DNA of 63,510 bases, filler included, from Collodictyon triciliatum (GCA_043381765.1; 57 parts of 57 records of this genome joined end to end with filler, not necessarily neighbours in it), one strand, 5' to 3'. Counted from the first letter of the whole stretch, positions 25,631 to 39,567 are shown. Numbers and translations are program-made. The notes: generated by a model from the sequence alone, not told the origin.

Positions 25631-28238
25631 NNNNNNNNNNNNNNNNNNNNNNNNNNNNNNNNNNNNNNNNNNNNTTAATTAATTAANNNNNNNNNNNNNN
25701 NNNNNNNNNNNNNNNNNNNNNNNNNNNNNNCAACTCATTTTACAAAGATTGGACTGAACAAAATCAATTACGTTTGGTTGAGGAAATTTGTTGGTTGATT
25801 GTCTGAGTTTCTAGAAAATTTTAAAAAATCTAAATATTTTTTCGTAATATATATTCAATATACTAGTATGAATTTAGAGGGGAAAAAGACTTTATCTAAA
25901 GAAAAGGACTCCAGAATGAATGGATCTGGTCCTTCAAAAATCTTTGATATTGCTCGGGCGATTGTTAAAAAGACAGGCTCTTTTTCCTTGCGATCAAAAA
26001 CATTATCAATCTATTAAGTAATACATAAAGATGAGTAAAGCCATTAAATCAGAAAAAGTGTACTTTACAGTTTTTCGTGTGCTCTAGGATTGCCCCAGCA
26101 AATCAACATTTAAATCGGCGAACTATTTACTTTAAACGATGTAATAAAATATATCTGAGCATTTACATCATTTTCTTCCTTTTCGATGGTATAAGGAACA
26201 ACGACTTCGGAAACAGCACGCCATAGATTTGCAGAGACAGAGCAAACTTGTCCGTAAAGATGGTCATCATGTCTCATTTCCTAAGAGATAAAGAAATAAT
26301 CACGAATAAGGGTGAATATAAAATTGATTTCTTTATTTGATTGTTGTAATTATGCTTTCTTTTTATTATCGAAATATATGAGTCTACATACAACCACAGC
26401 CTCAGAGGCGATATAGTTAACAATCTCGATAAGTCGAAGCGATGAGTTCAAAATTGCAGCTGATTGGGTTCTGATTTTAGCTTCGAATGCGTCAGAATCC
26501 TGATGGTCACTGTTTTCTCGCACTCCTTTTACAGGAGATTCCGAAGAAGCTTTCATTGGTGCATAGGGAGTTATATGGGACTCAAAGTCATAAGAGTAGT
26601 TTGCAGGGGAAGGAGTAGAAGGGGCAATGGTCGACTTTCCTAATGCAGATGACATTTCTTCGGTCAAGTGCTTTGACATATGAACTTTCGATGAATTGTA
26701 GAGTGTTTGCTCTTGTGTAGAGGCTGGTCGCATGTACAATAATGCTGNNNNNNNNNNNNNNNNNNNNNNNNNNNNNNNNNNNNNNNNNNNNTTAATTAAT
26801 TAANNNNNNNNNNNNNNNNNNNNNNNNNNNNNNNNNNNNNNNNNNNNTTTTCCGTTATTCGTAGACCCGTTTGTGCCTGTGCCCACCCGGCCAGCAAAAT
26901 GAGCTTCTAAACCCGTATGTGTAATATCTTTTCACCGATTTTTGTTATAATTGTGCGGCTTAGGATATGCAATTGTCATCATATTGCTGATCATCAAGTT
27001 CAGTATACCTGCAGTTGTTAGCGAACTTAAGAATAATCTACTAAACTGAAAAACGTATCATAGCTTCTGGGGAAAAGTTGTCAGTTTTGCATGAATCTCT
27101 CTCTTTGAAGGAGCGTTACCTTCTTTCAAAAGACATGCGACACTTTGTACAAGTTTCTTTACTATACATCCACACACAACCCGAGCATAGCATAATACAC
27201 CACTTTTGCTTCTCAAGCGCTTTTGCATAGTTTCTGTGTGCTATTTTACTCTTGAAGCACTTCATCTATCCTTATCTTTTCTTCTTCCCTTTGTGTCGAC
27301 AACCTACCATCGTTCAGTTAGGGCTTGTGACACACTATATTTTGTCTTCTTGCCATCGTTCTAAACCACGGACAAAAACTTATCGTCGAATTCACAGTCA
27401 TTTTTTTTCTTCCCTTGACTTCAACTCGAAAAAAAAGCTTTGTATCATTTTTGGACATCTTCTCTTCTTTCACTTTCGGGATATTTTTAACCCAGCCTCA
27501 CCCTTTCAAAAACAAACGCAAACAAAGAAGCTCAAATCAAGGCCTCATTTAGTATTTTCAGCTTATTTTTGCCTTGAAAAACAAAACCGAAACACTCTCG
27601 TACCCTCTCGCACCTTCAAATAACTATAGCAGACAAAACCAATGGAAAACCCTGAGAATTCCCGTCGTAAGTTTGCACACACATCAGCCAGTTTAGAGCT
27701 ACTGGATGTCTTTATTTTGAAAAAAACCAAGAAAAAAAAAAGCAACAATAGCTTATTCATACATTGACTAACTTGAACAAATAGAGCAAAGCGAACCAAG
27801 TCAGACTGAAGTGCTTGCAAAAGAACTCTCTCACATGTGCGTGGCGGAGTCTTCTGGGAAAGAANNNNNNNNNNNNNNNNNNNNNNNNNNNNNNNNNNNN
27901 NNNNNNNNTTAATTAATTAANNNNNNNNNNNNNNNNNNNNNNNNNNNNNNNNNNNNNNNNNNNNAATTGAAAGTGTGGGTGCGCGCGACACCATGCATTT
28001 ACCTATAAATTGCCATTTTCCTAGTACTCGAAGCCAACGAATTGAAATGGCAGAGTATAAATAGCTCAGAGGCGGCCTGGAAATTCTTTTCAGAAAAATT
28101 ACTCCTCACAAAACACAGCTGAATCTCTCCGTTCTGTGGGAATTACGCGATTCTCTCCGTTTATCCCCGCAAGATTTGCTATACAGAAACATGGGAGTAA
28201 TTTTGAATGGCACATATGAATTTCATGATGGTACTCAC

Positions 28239-28444
28239 CTTGACCACGATTTTCATCTTCATCTTCATCTTCATCTTCATCTTCATTTTCATCTTCATTT
28301 TCATCTTCATCTTCATCATCATCTTCATCTTCATCTTCATTTTCATTTTCATCTTCATCTTCATCATCATCTTCATCTTCATCTTCATTTTCATTTTCAT
28401 CTTCACTTTCATCTTCATTTTCATCTTCACTTTCACTTTCGTCT
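28239..28444 (-). CDS. Acidic (Glu/Asp/Asn) low-complexity exon
   Basis: The hexamer tract reads DESESEDENEDE... on the minus strand between a CAG acceptor and a GTGAGT donor. Confidence 0.45.
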
Positions 28445-29296
28445 CTGTCTCCATCACCAATTTATTATCATATTTTCCTGATTTTTCTTGACTTACTTGC
28501 CCGAGAATATGTCCTCGTCCTAGCACCAGTCCACCCTCGTGGATCTTTCTCGATTTTCATTCTCACATGGGCCATTTATTTTCCCTTCTGCCTTTACTTA
28601 GGCCTTCCTCTTCCATGATATTCCCTCTGCATCCCGATCACTTTTTTGACCTCGAAGTAGTACCTATTTATTTTTTCCTGTAGTCAGTATTCACCTGTCC
28701 CAGTCTTTTTCCTCTCTTTCGACTATCTTGTGCGCCCCTTCCCCTCCTCTTTGTTAAAGGCGCACTTGCTTCTCGATGTCCGTTTTCCCTACAAACAAAA
28801 ATCATTTAATCAGTAACAAAGCCCTCTCCATCTGACAATTCATCACTACATCTTTTCACCTCATCTTTAACTTTGATTCTTTTTCCTGTCTTACTCTTGC
28901 TTATTTAAAAATTCAGTGAAAAATTCCACATATTCTAGATAAACCCCCTTATCCCAAGCAGAGGACAAATGAACCACCACGNNNNNNNNNNNNNNNNNNN
29001 NNNNNNNNNNNNNNNNNNNNNNNNNTTAATTAATTAANNNNNNNNNNNNNNNNNNNNNNNNNNNNNNNNNNNNNNNNNNNNTATGATGTTCTTTTATGTT
29101 CTTTTATGATGTTCTTTTATGATGTTCTTTTATGATGTTCTTTTATGATGTTCTTTTATGATGTTCTTTTATGATGTTCTTTTATGATGTTCTTTTATGT
29201 TCTTTTATGTTCTTTTCTTTTTTGGATTTCTTGCATGTTATTTCCAGACATATACATTTCACAGCAACTGGTATATACTTATGTGCAACCTTTCAG

Positions 29297-30012
29297 AAAT
29301 ACATCTCAGAGCGAGTGAATGCTGATCCATCGGTCATAAATAAAGAACTCGACTTTTGGCATCGTGGTGTCCTTTACTGGTCTGCATATTACGGACACGT
29401 CGATGTGCGTGGTGCTTTATTGGCGATGCCAGAGTTGATATTCTTTGTGATTGAAAATAAATTGACTTGTAATTTTTTTTTTGAATTGTGATCCAATTGT
29501 CCATATAAATTTGTTTCTATTATCTAATAAAATTGCAGGTGGTAAATTATGTGCTGGAAAATGGAGCCGATATAAATCATCGATCGGAAACGAATTGGAC
29601 TGCTTTGCATGCTGCTGCTATCAACAATCATGTTAATATTGTGCGCATCCTTGTAGAGGTACCTATGCTTACAGTCTTATTTTACCTTTACATTTTATTT
29701 TAACAAATGTATGCGCGTGTTTATATATTCATGACTTACATTTACGCCATTGTGTCCAAAATTGTCATGTCCTTAATTTGATTCAGAAAGGAGTCGACCT
29801 AACTGTGCGTGACCTGAACAATTTGAGTGCCAGGCAATTACGAAATCATTAATTTCACAAAATAAGAAGAAAAGACATATAAGTAACCATATATGAGGTT
29901 TATTGTTTTCTCTCGAATCTTCTCTATATATTTAATCCGGTCCCTTCTTAAAAAAAAAAAAAATTAAACAGAAAATTGGCCGTGTTTTTTGGGATTAAGG
30001 AGGCAGCGGATG
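29297..30012 (+). CDS. Ankyrin-repeat protein (4 exon fragments)
   Basis: VLYWSAYYGHVD|VVNYVLENGADINHRSETNWTALHAAAINNHVNIVRILVE|KGVDLTVRD. Confidence 0.9.
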
Positions 30013-30048
30013 GTATAATTTTTGCTAGATTGATTGGGAAGCTCTAGC

Positions 30049-30095
<47 letters not shown>

Positions 30096-30450
30096 NNNNN
30101 NNNNNNNNNNNNNNNNNNNNNNNNNNNNNNNNNNNNNNNTTAATTAATTAANNNNNNNNNNNNNNNNNNNNNNNNNNNNNNNNNNNNNNNNNNNNAAAAA
30201 AAAGGAAAGTTTTTTTTTTTATATCTATTTGACCGTAGCTCCTGGGCTACTCAACAGGCTTACAATCCCACTGTTCTTTGATGATGATTTGGTGAGTTTT
30301 CTTTATTTTTCAAGAGAACAGGGAATCCACAGAATATCCGTTCTTTGAAATCGATAGGGATGAAGCTTTCTGAAGTGTAGGTTGGCAGGGATGTATCGTA
30401 TTGGGGAATGATATTTTTCTTCTGCCTCCGCCTGCTCTGAGCTGGAGCCT

Positions 30451-30867
30451 TTAGGATGTCTTCTGGGGGTTGGGGACAGACATATGGGTTAGGCGGCGGA
30501 GAATGCTGTCAGAGTACTTGGACATGGACTCATCGATAAGAGTCTTGATGAGGTCACAATACTCATTCGAGGGGGCTTCACTTTCATAACTTTCAAGGGC
30601 CAGGGCACGCGCGATAGGTATCCAGGATATGTCATTCTTATTCAGGCGGTCTTTGACATAGGATTCTAGAGTGTTGTGATAACCAGGCCGAGTTATATCG
30701 TGATATATACAGGTATTTGACTTGTTTCAATAATTTTTGGTTATGAAATTTATCATCAAAACCTTGCCCGTTGTATTCAGTCTCTTGCTTCTCGTGTAAG
30801 TAAACGATGAAGAATAGGTAGTGCCACATATTGTGGTCCCTTTTTATATGCTTCTCCCATCCTCCAC
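30451..30867 (-). CDS. IP3 receptor / ryanodine receptor-type Ca2+ release channel, C-terminal exons
   Basis: [56 protein letters not shown] matches the IP3R/RyR C-terminal motif H.....HNMW.YL.F...K..TEY.G.ESYV. Confidence 0.9.
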
Positions 30868-31311
30868 CTATTAATCATTTAAAGGTCTAAATACGCCACC
30901 AAAATTACAAAGCATATATAAAAATGGTGGTATGCTAATCGAGATGAAAAGCAATATTTACCGTGTTGTTCTATGAGTTCTCGTCCTTTACTGCAAACAA
31001 AACAAACATTGGCCATATCATGTTCTGTGGACATTTTTTCGTCTCTCATTGCACTGAAGGTGTCGATGATAATCTAATTAAACATATCGTAAATTTCCAA
31101 CACGAAAGAATAGAAATAAGATAAAAGAAAAAGAAAAAGAAAAAGAAAAAGAAAAAGAAAAAGAAAAAAGAAAAAAAGAAAAAAAAGAAAAAAAAGAAAA
31201 AAAAGAAAAAANNNNNNNNNNNNNNNNNNNNNNNNNNNNNNNNNNNNNNNNNNNNTTAATTAATTAANNNNNNNNNNNNNNNNNNNNNNNNNNNNNNNNN
31301 NNNNNNNNNNN

Positions 31312-31383
<72 letters not shown>

Positions 31384-32574
31384 CTTATTTTATGATATAT
31401 TCTTCATTTATCTCTGATATAACATTTATTTTATCTTCATGGAGTGATATACTTATTGTTGTAATAGCAAGTCGGAGTGACATCGGTCTCGGCCATGGTC
31501 TCTGTCACGGATAGTATGGACATGATGGATATTTTGGTTACCCTGTATCTCCGATATTTTTCTTTTCTTATTTTATACACATCTATCTGACTCACACAAT
31601 TCTCTCTCTCCTTTCTCTCTTGGATAGAGCTTGGGACGTACTTGGTTGCATCAGATAGGAAAGGGACTTTGTGCGCGTATCGGGTGCACGAATTGCTTTG
31701 GAAGACACGCCTTTCAGACATTTGCGCCGCTCCGAAGGATGGTCCGGTAAGATATTTTGTTCTTCATTTTGATTGTGCATTTTTCTTTCATTTTCATCAC
31801 TCCATTCCAGTCCTGATATTTCTCTTGCCTATCTGTAGAATTATATCGAAACACATAATTTTTTAAGCTTGCATATATATGACATCTTTTGCGTGATTTT
31901 CAAGCAAAGTTAAGCCATGTAATAACTCTGAAGTGTGACCTCCCAAAAACAGATATAGACTTTACTTTATTTCGTTGTCGTAAAACAAACAGTACTGCAT
32001 TTAATATTTCTATTTAAGCCAAAGAGCACCTCATTTTTTTTTATTTGGTGGGGTTATTCTTCCTCTGCAGTATAAAACGGAGACAATCATCTAATCACAC
32101 ACATTTTGTTTCATTTGTAAAGAGATCCGTGGAGGCGCTCTTACACACACAGATAACTGATCGGTTTGGATACAGTTGCCCGACTTTGATTGTGGCAGAC
32201 AACATGCAAGAAATTCATTTTATGCACCAGAGTGAATGGATACACAGCATCCAAACGCCGACAAACATCACATCAGTATGCTATATTACATGCTATGTCT
32301 AGCAGTTTCTCCAATTCTTTCCATATNNNNNNNNNNNNNNNNNNNNNNNNNNNNNNNNNNNNNNNNNNNNTTAATTAATTAANNNNNNNNNNNNNNNNNN
32401 NNNNNNNNNNNNNNNNNNNNNNNNNNCGCGATGAATACAAGGTGGGTTCCATTAACATCCTACTATGACTCAGATATAGTATTGTCATTCAAAGGTTTAA
32501 AGTGCGGCCGTATTGCGTTGTTTTGTCGCTTTACATGTTTAGAGATATGTGTACATAGATGAGCCGCTCACCGC

Positions 32575-33290
32575 AAGCTGGAGATAATCACGAACCCCGC
32601 AAGTCCTTCCAAATCACCGCTCTCTAATGCTTAGCATCACCAATAGGGAGCTATGAATAGGCACACGCGCGGCAAAAGCTGGCAAAGTCTCCCAACAATG
32701 CACACTTTGCAGCAACGGTGATGAATCCATTGAGCACAGATTTGTGCAATGTCCCTTCGCTCAAAACCTGCGCGAAACAGCCGGTGAGATTCTCCGACTG
32801 ACACTCAAGACGACTGCAGCTGTTTGTTCAATCCAGGCGATATTTGGGCCTCGTCAACAGCTGCGTCCAGATGCAAAAACATTCTGGGCAGTGACGGGAG
32901 GCCATTTGCTCTGGATTATGTGGATAGCATGCATATACTCACGCAAAGCAAGACTCAACAACCAGCCACCCATTCCTGATAACAGGCTGGATGACATCAT
33001 ACAAATATATTTTCTCAACCGTTTCCTTCCCCACCTGCACGTTCTCTACTGCTCGACCCCGTGAGAAGAGATATGTGGAAAGAAGCAGAGAAAGATTTTA
33101 AACCTCGCCTTGTCTCTCTCATGCAAGCACAAGACCTAGGCTACACGCCAAACTGCAGGATGCAACTCCTGATTACCGACTACTTCTCTGCCACTCCGCC
33201 ACCAAGTAGCGTCCATGCAAACGATGGCTAGCGAGCCAAGGTCGATACATTCACCGTTCTTGAGCTATTGAAAGATACAATAAAAAAAAA
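32575..33290 (+). mobile_element. L1/Tx1-like LINE 3' part: zinc finger, ORF2 C-terminus, 3' UTR, poly(A); decayed (copy 4)
   Basis: EL*IG...QCTLCSNGDESIEHRFVQC, then a frameshift, then MWKEAEKDFKPRLVSLMQAQDLGYTPNCRMQLLITDYFSATPPPSSVHANDG*, AATAAA and an A-run. This copy links the short repeat to the LINE. Confidence 0.88.
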
Positions 33291-34658
33291 TACAATCTGC
33301 ATCTTGGAAAATATTGCGTATGCTTGGAGTGTCTTTATTGAGTCTCAGTACTGGAGAGCTATGGCCATCCGGAAAAGCGAGTGAGAAAAGAAAGGCAGTG
33401 TCGCATGAGAAAAAGAAAGAAAAAGGAGGCAACATTTATCAGNNNNNNNNNNNNNNNNNNNNNNNNNNNNNNNNNNNNNNNNNNNNTTAATTAATTAANN
33501 NNNNNNNNNNNNNNNNNNNNNNNNNNNNNNNNNNNNNNNNNNGGCTGAAGATGCAGCATGATGAAAAGGGGTGAAAACGCAGTGAGAAGGTCGAGTATTT
33601 CAGAGAGAATCGACAAGTGGATTTTTCACTATTGTTTTCTCACAATTGAGTTTGTGACTGATAAGTTCAGTGCAAAGGGCTCTCGCAGTCCTTTCCTTCA
33701 TATAATAGTATCACGTTGTTTGGCATTATCTTTAGCCCCAGACTGCCGTTATTCTAATTCACCGACCCCATGGCCATGACGGATGGTGCCGCAATAAACT
33801 CATACATAATTGCGAATACACTCATGCGATGATGTGTTCATAAGACGACTCGCTGTATCTTGTAAAGGTTTGTAAGAGCCAAAGTCTGTTTAGCAGCCAT
33901 TGACAACTTTCCCTCTGTGGTGTTGGTGATGGGAAGGTTTGGTTTATTGCAGTAGCTTATCAGAGATAGACATGCGAGGAGAGGATGTAATGGAGGACAG
34001 CAAGGGAAAGAGAATAGAGACATGGAGCGTGCCTGTTTTGAGTTTGCACTACAAAAAGAACGGCGCTGCATCATCTTCACAAGAGACCGGTAAACGGAGT
34101 TGCGGTGTAGAACTGCGATTGGATGACAGGTGCCCGGTTGAACGGCCCGGTGCGGATTGGATTGAACGTGTCAAACAGCGCATTCTCACGATTCAAGGTG
34201 GTTGGTCTAGGAAAACGAGGGAGGATGGGGCTGATGTCCTTCTTTGATGCCTGGAGCACTTGCTGGTGAGATAGTTGGAAGGTGCTTGGGCAAGCAAAGC
34301 GCATCTGGGCGGCTCTTGGGTCGGGGTGCGGCAGGCTAATTAATCGATTGTTGAATTGTTGTATTAAAGCATATCCCGCATGACTCATCAGGGATGGGTG
34401 GTCGCATGCTGGCATTTAGGCCAGAGAAAATCAACTAATACTCAAATAAAAAGTGGGAGAGAAGAAGAAGAAGAAGAAGAAGAAGAAGAAGAAGAAGAAG
34501 AAGAAGAAGAAGAAGAAGAAGAAGAAGAAGAAGAAGAAGAAGAAGAAGAAGAAGAAGANNNNNNNNNNNNNNNNNNNNNNNNNNNNNNNNNNNNNNNNNN
34601 NNTTAATTAATTAANNNNNNNNNNNNNNNNNNNNNNNNNNNNNNNNNNNNNNNNNNNN

Positions 34659-35674
34659 TGATTGTCTCTTGTTGCTTGGTTTTATCAGCTTCCAATGTCT
34701 TGATTGTCTCTTGCTGCTTGGTTTTATCAGCTTCTAATGTCTTGATTGTATCTTGCTGTTTGGTTTTATCAGCTTCCAATGTGTTGACCGTTTCTTGTTG
34801 CTTGGTTTTATCAGCTTCTAATGTCTTGATTGTCTCTTGTTGCTTGGTTTTATCAGCCTCCAACGTCTTGATTGTCTCTTGCTGTTTGGTTTTATCAGCT
34901 TCTAATGTCTTGATTGTATCTTGCTGTTTGGTTTTATCAGCCTCCAACGTCTTGATTGTCTCTTGCTGTTTGGTTTTATCAGCTTCTAATGCCTTGATTG
35001 TTTCTTGTTGCTTGGTTTTATCAGCTTCCAATGTGTTGACCGTTTCTTGTTGCTTGGTTTTATCAGCTTCTAATGTCTTGATTGTCTCTTGTTGCTTGGT
35101 TTTATCAGCTTCTAACGTCTTGACCGTCTCTTGTTGCTTGGTTTTATCAGCCTCTAATGTCTTGATTGTCTCTTGTTGCTTGGTTTTATCAGCTTCTAAT
35201 GTCTTGATTATTTCTTGTTGCTTGGTTTTATCAGCTTCTAGTGTCTTGATTGTCTCTTGTTGCTTGGTTTTATCAGCTTCTAATGTCTTGATTGTCTCTT
35301 GCTGCTTGGTTTTATCAGCCTCCAACGTCTTGATTATCTCTTGTTGCTTGGTTTTATCAGCTTCTAGTGTCTTGATTGTTTCTTGCTGTTTGGTTTTATC
35401 AGCTTCTAATGTCTTGATTGTTTCTTGCTGCTTGGTTTTATCAGCCTCCAACGTCTTGATTGTCTCTTGCTGTTTGGTTTTATCAGCTTCTAACGTCTTG
35501 ATTGTCTCTTGCTGTTTGGTTTTATCAGCTTCTAATGCCTTGATTGTTTCTTGCTGTTTGGTTTTATCAGCTTCTAATGTCTTGATTGTCTCTTGCTGCT
35601 TGGTTTTATCAGCTTCTAATGTCTTGATTGTATCTTGCTGTTTGGTTTTATCAGCTTCCAATGTGTTGACCGTT
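34659..35674 (-). CDS. 42-bp tandem repeat encoding a 14-aa coiled-coil unit (TIKTLEADKTKQQE) x ~24
   Basis: Uninterrupted frame. Most unit differences are synonymous in this frame. Period equals two heptads. Confidence 0.8.
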
Positions 35675-38600
35675 NNNNNNNNNNNNNNNNNNNNNNNNNN
35701 NNNNNNNNNNNNNNNNNNTTAATTAATTAANNNNNNNNNNNNNNNNNNNNNNNNNNNNNNNNNNNNNNNNNNNNGGAAGAAAAAAAAAAGAAAAAGAAAA
35801 CAAAGAAAACAAAAAAAAAAACATACAAAAACAAAAAAAAAAAAAAAGAAAAGAAAAGAAGAAAAAGAAGTAGCAAATGAAGCATCACTATTGCCACGAT
35901 GAGCCAAATAATCGAGAAAGAATATGCCAACAAAGCATCGCGCCGTCTATCATCGCAATGGGTGCAGCTTCACTTTGTGCGGTCCTACCCGCGACTTGCA
36001 AAGAGTCAAGATGGACGCGAAGAAGGCACCAAACCAAACTAGTGGGGGATCGGCCAATGGCCGGACAGGGTTAAGCTAATAGGCGATTGAGGCGACAGGC
36101 CAAGCAAGACACAGCGCCGATGTTCACGACGGCGATGAAGGCCCGACCGCTTCCCCGCCCTTGAAATATCGCCCAATCACTACGAAATCATGATGCTCCG
36201 CTTCTGGATTTGTCGGGGCGCGTTTGGCAAAGTCATCCGCAACTCGATCGAATCATGGGAAAGTCCGCGGCCGTGTCCTCTGATTTGATCCCCGTGACGA
36301 TGGCCCAAGAGAAAAAAGAAAAGAAAAAGAAAAGAAAAAGAAAAGAAAAAGAAAAGAAAAAGAAAAGAAAAAGAAAAGAAAAAGAAAAGAAAAAAAAGAA
36401 AAAGAAAAAACTGAGTGGCAATTCTTTTGTTCGGCGCGATCATTGCTTGTGCAATCAAGGATCGAGAGGAAAAAAACCCGCCCCGAAGCAGCAGCAGCAC
36501 CGCCAGTAGAAGATGACCGAGCCAAGCGCAGGTGCTGAAGACAAGCTGAAGCGTCCTTTCATGGAGAACTTTCCAAAGATCCCAAACTTTGGGACAAGCA
36601 AGCAGCCGGACGAAGCCCGCTCGACAGAGACGATTGGTAGTGCTTTCTCCAACTTCGGCAAGCAAATGGTTCAGGTCAGAAAGCTCAAAGCACAAAAAGA
36701 AAAAGAAAAAGAAAAAGAAAAAGAAAAAGAAAAAGAAAAAGAAAAAGAAAAAGAAAAAGAAAAAGAAAAAGAAAAAGAAAAAGAAAAAGANNNNNNNNNN
36801 NNNNNNNNNNNNNNNNNNNNNNNNNNNNNNNNNNTTAATTAATTAANNNNNNNNNNNNNNNNNNNNNNNNNNNNNNNNNNNNNNNNNNNNGGATGGCTGC
36901 GTATGGATTTGAATTTCTTCTCTCTTTATTAACTGTTGATAACAGACCGAGGCAAATGCGAATTATGTGGCATCTGGATTTGTATGAAAGAACCCATCTC
37001 CTAGTCTTGTAATATATTATAAGTGAATCTTGTTTAAAATCGCCAATTATACATCGCAGTCTGTTTCTCTCAAATCACACAACTTTAAAATTAACGTCTA
37101 TATGATTGAATCGAAAAGAGGAAATTTTCATGAAACATTATGAGCAAGTCCATGAATATGAATGCAATGAAGGTTCTTTTTTCAACGAATAAGTGGAAAA
37201 CAGTCAACGCTTCTGCTTTGTGAGAGTATTGCTAAATCGTCTGGATTGCATCCAGCTTTGAGTAAAGTCCAATGGACAACATTAATTGCGATGATTATAG
37301 GGAATTTCATTTATCCCCCACCCCCGGTAATGCGAAAAACTTTATCGTGCAGTGGATTAGGGGAATGGAAGTCAATATTGATTTCGATTGAAATAGCATA
37401 AAAATGAATGTCAACTTTAGGTGAATAGTAATTATATGACATCTGATTGCTTCTGTATATAAATTTAAAAATCTGAATAATTGATCGAACATTAATGTTT
37501 AGTTTCTTTGATTCCAATTCCTATATGTAAAAGTTTTATTTCACCAATCGGCAACTTGTGTTCATAATTTCTTGGTTAATTATGCCCACTGCTCATCAAA
37601 AAGCATTAAAGCAGTCGGCTCGAAGGTAATAATTTAACCTCAAGCATCATTATAGTTCAGTGAGAATGCCCATCTATGTAGATTTGCTGCAAAGAGCCCC
37701 AAATAGAATTTTCTTGATTTTTAATAATATAATTTATTGAGAAAAACGTACAATTGCTTCTTATTTGTTCTTAATTCTTCTATGAACTTTGATTGACAGC
37801 TGGGGCACATATAAGTATCAGAAAAATACGAATGTACTCGTGGGCACTATGAAGGGCTTATATTCTACTAAAATATCCAGAGCTCAAAATCAAGGAGTTT
37901 ATCAGCNNNNNNNNNNNNNNNNNNNNNNNNNNNNNNNNNNNNNNNNNNNNTTAATTAATTAANNNNNNNNNNNNNNNNNNNNNNNNNNNNNNNNNNNNNN
38001 NNNNNNAACCAAAAAACCAAAAAACCAAAAAACCAAAAAACCAAAAAACCAAAAAACCAAAAAACCAAAAAACCAAAAAACCAAAAAACCAAAAAACCAA
38101 AAAAAACAAAAAAAACAACAAACATGTTAAGAGCTTTAGCTACAATATGCATCATAAGCCAGTAAAATGAGTTTTTTTTATTTATCTAAAACGAAAATGA
38201 TATTTGATGCTGTACAAAAGCTATTGCTCACAAGAGACCCCACCAACAGATGCGCTTGTTTTGTTACGGAAACACTCACAAACTTGCCTGCTCTTTTTTT
38301 CCCGCATAAAACGTATCTGCAAGTTTTCTTTTGCCAGGAAAGAAATGAGGTCAGAGGATCCGCAGCGTAACCCGAGTTTTCCTTTTCTCTTATTCACAAA
38401 ACATAGAGCTGGGCCTGTCGAACGATTCTTACTCAAGGAGGGATGCAGAAGCCACCAGTTCCGAGCGAAACTCCGTTGGATGAGTCGGAATGCCGCTTCT
38501 TCTTTGGTGCTATCGGACACGGCCGTTGCTTGACGAAAATCATGGTATTAGTGTGTTTGACTCTCTCAAAATATAATCGACATCCCTTCTATCCCATTCA

Positions 38601-39339
38601 AAGTACCCAGTGAGTTCAAGTCGATGCTTTCGACAAAATAATTAAATGTCTGGTTTTTATTTTTTCATCATTAAACATTCTTTTTTTTCGGTTGGGGCTC
38701 ATACAATCTAATCAACTTCACGTATGATCTCTATATATTTATTACACATCTTCGATGGGGTTTTCACCTTCTGACACTATATTTTTTTATACGTATAAAG
38801 GCAACCCCGGGAAAGCTCACCAGAAATAAGGAATCCTTGGCACGCATGATGGATTATGGAGTTTGCATGATGCGTTTGAATATGTCTCATGGAACTCACG
38901 AGGTATGTATGTATGTATGTATGTATGTATGTATGTATGTATGTATGTATGTATGTATGTATGTATGTATGTATGTATGTATGTATGTATGTATGTATGT
39001 ATGTATGTATGTATGTATGTANNNNNNNNNNNNNNNNNNNNNNNNNNNNNNNNNNNNNNNNNNNNTTAATTAATTAANNNNNNNNNNNNNNNNNNNNNNN
39101 NNNNNNNNNNNNNNNNNNNNNTTTTTATCTCTCTTTTTTTATCTCTCTTTTTTATCTCTCTTTTTTTATCTCTCTTTTTTTATCTCTCTTTTTTTATCTC
39201 TCTTTTTTTATCTCTCTTTTTTTATCTCTCTTTTTTTTTACCTCTCTTTTTTTATCCTCTTTTTATCTCTCTTTTTAATTTTCTTTTTCAGTGACTTTAT
39301 GGTTATTACTTCTGAGAAGCTCGTTTACTTTGACTGTAG

Positions 39340-39567
39340 AGCGAACGAGACTCTCGCGAAGAAATCTTGAAAGCTTTCCGTTTATTCGACGATGATGAGA
39401 CTGGGAAGATCAGTTTTAAAAATCTAAAGCGTGTGGCCAAGGAACTGGGTGAGAACTTGACAGATGAGGAGCTGCAGGAAATGATTGATGAGGCCGACCG
39501 GGATGGAGACGGAGAAATCAGCGAAGAAGAATTCCTCCGCATCATGAAGAAAACAAGTCTTTATTAA
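39340..39567 (+). CDS. CETN: Centrin (caltractin), last exon with EF-hands 3-4
   Basis: [74 protein letters not shown]. Confidence 0.97.
   Translation, partial: SERDSREEILKAFRLFDDDETGKISFKNLKRVAKELGENLTDEELQEMIDEADRDGDGEISEEEFLRIMKKTSLY

Noticed and set aside
32649-32660. UGA read as Trp (EL*IG versus ELWIG; also TGA inside the RT)
   Set aside because: Both cases are in decayed retroelements. Conserved host genes here use TGG for Trp and show no in-frame TGA.
33543-34440. Possible decayed transposon or viral ORF
   Set aside because: The frames I read are interrupted by stops and contain no recognisable motif.
34676-35722. 348-aa Cys-rich ORF (VLSASNVLIVSCCL)n on the plus strand
   Set aside because: It is the antisense shadow of the coiled-coil repeat; the hydrophilic heptad reading on the minus strand is more plausible.
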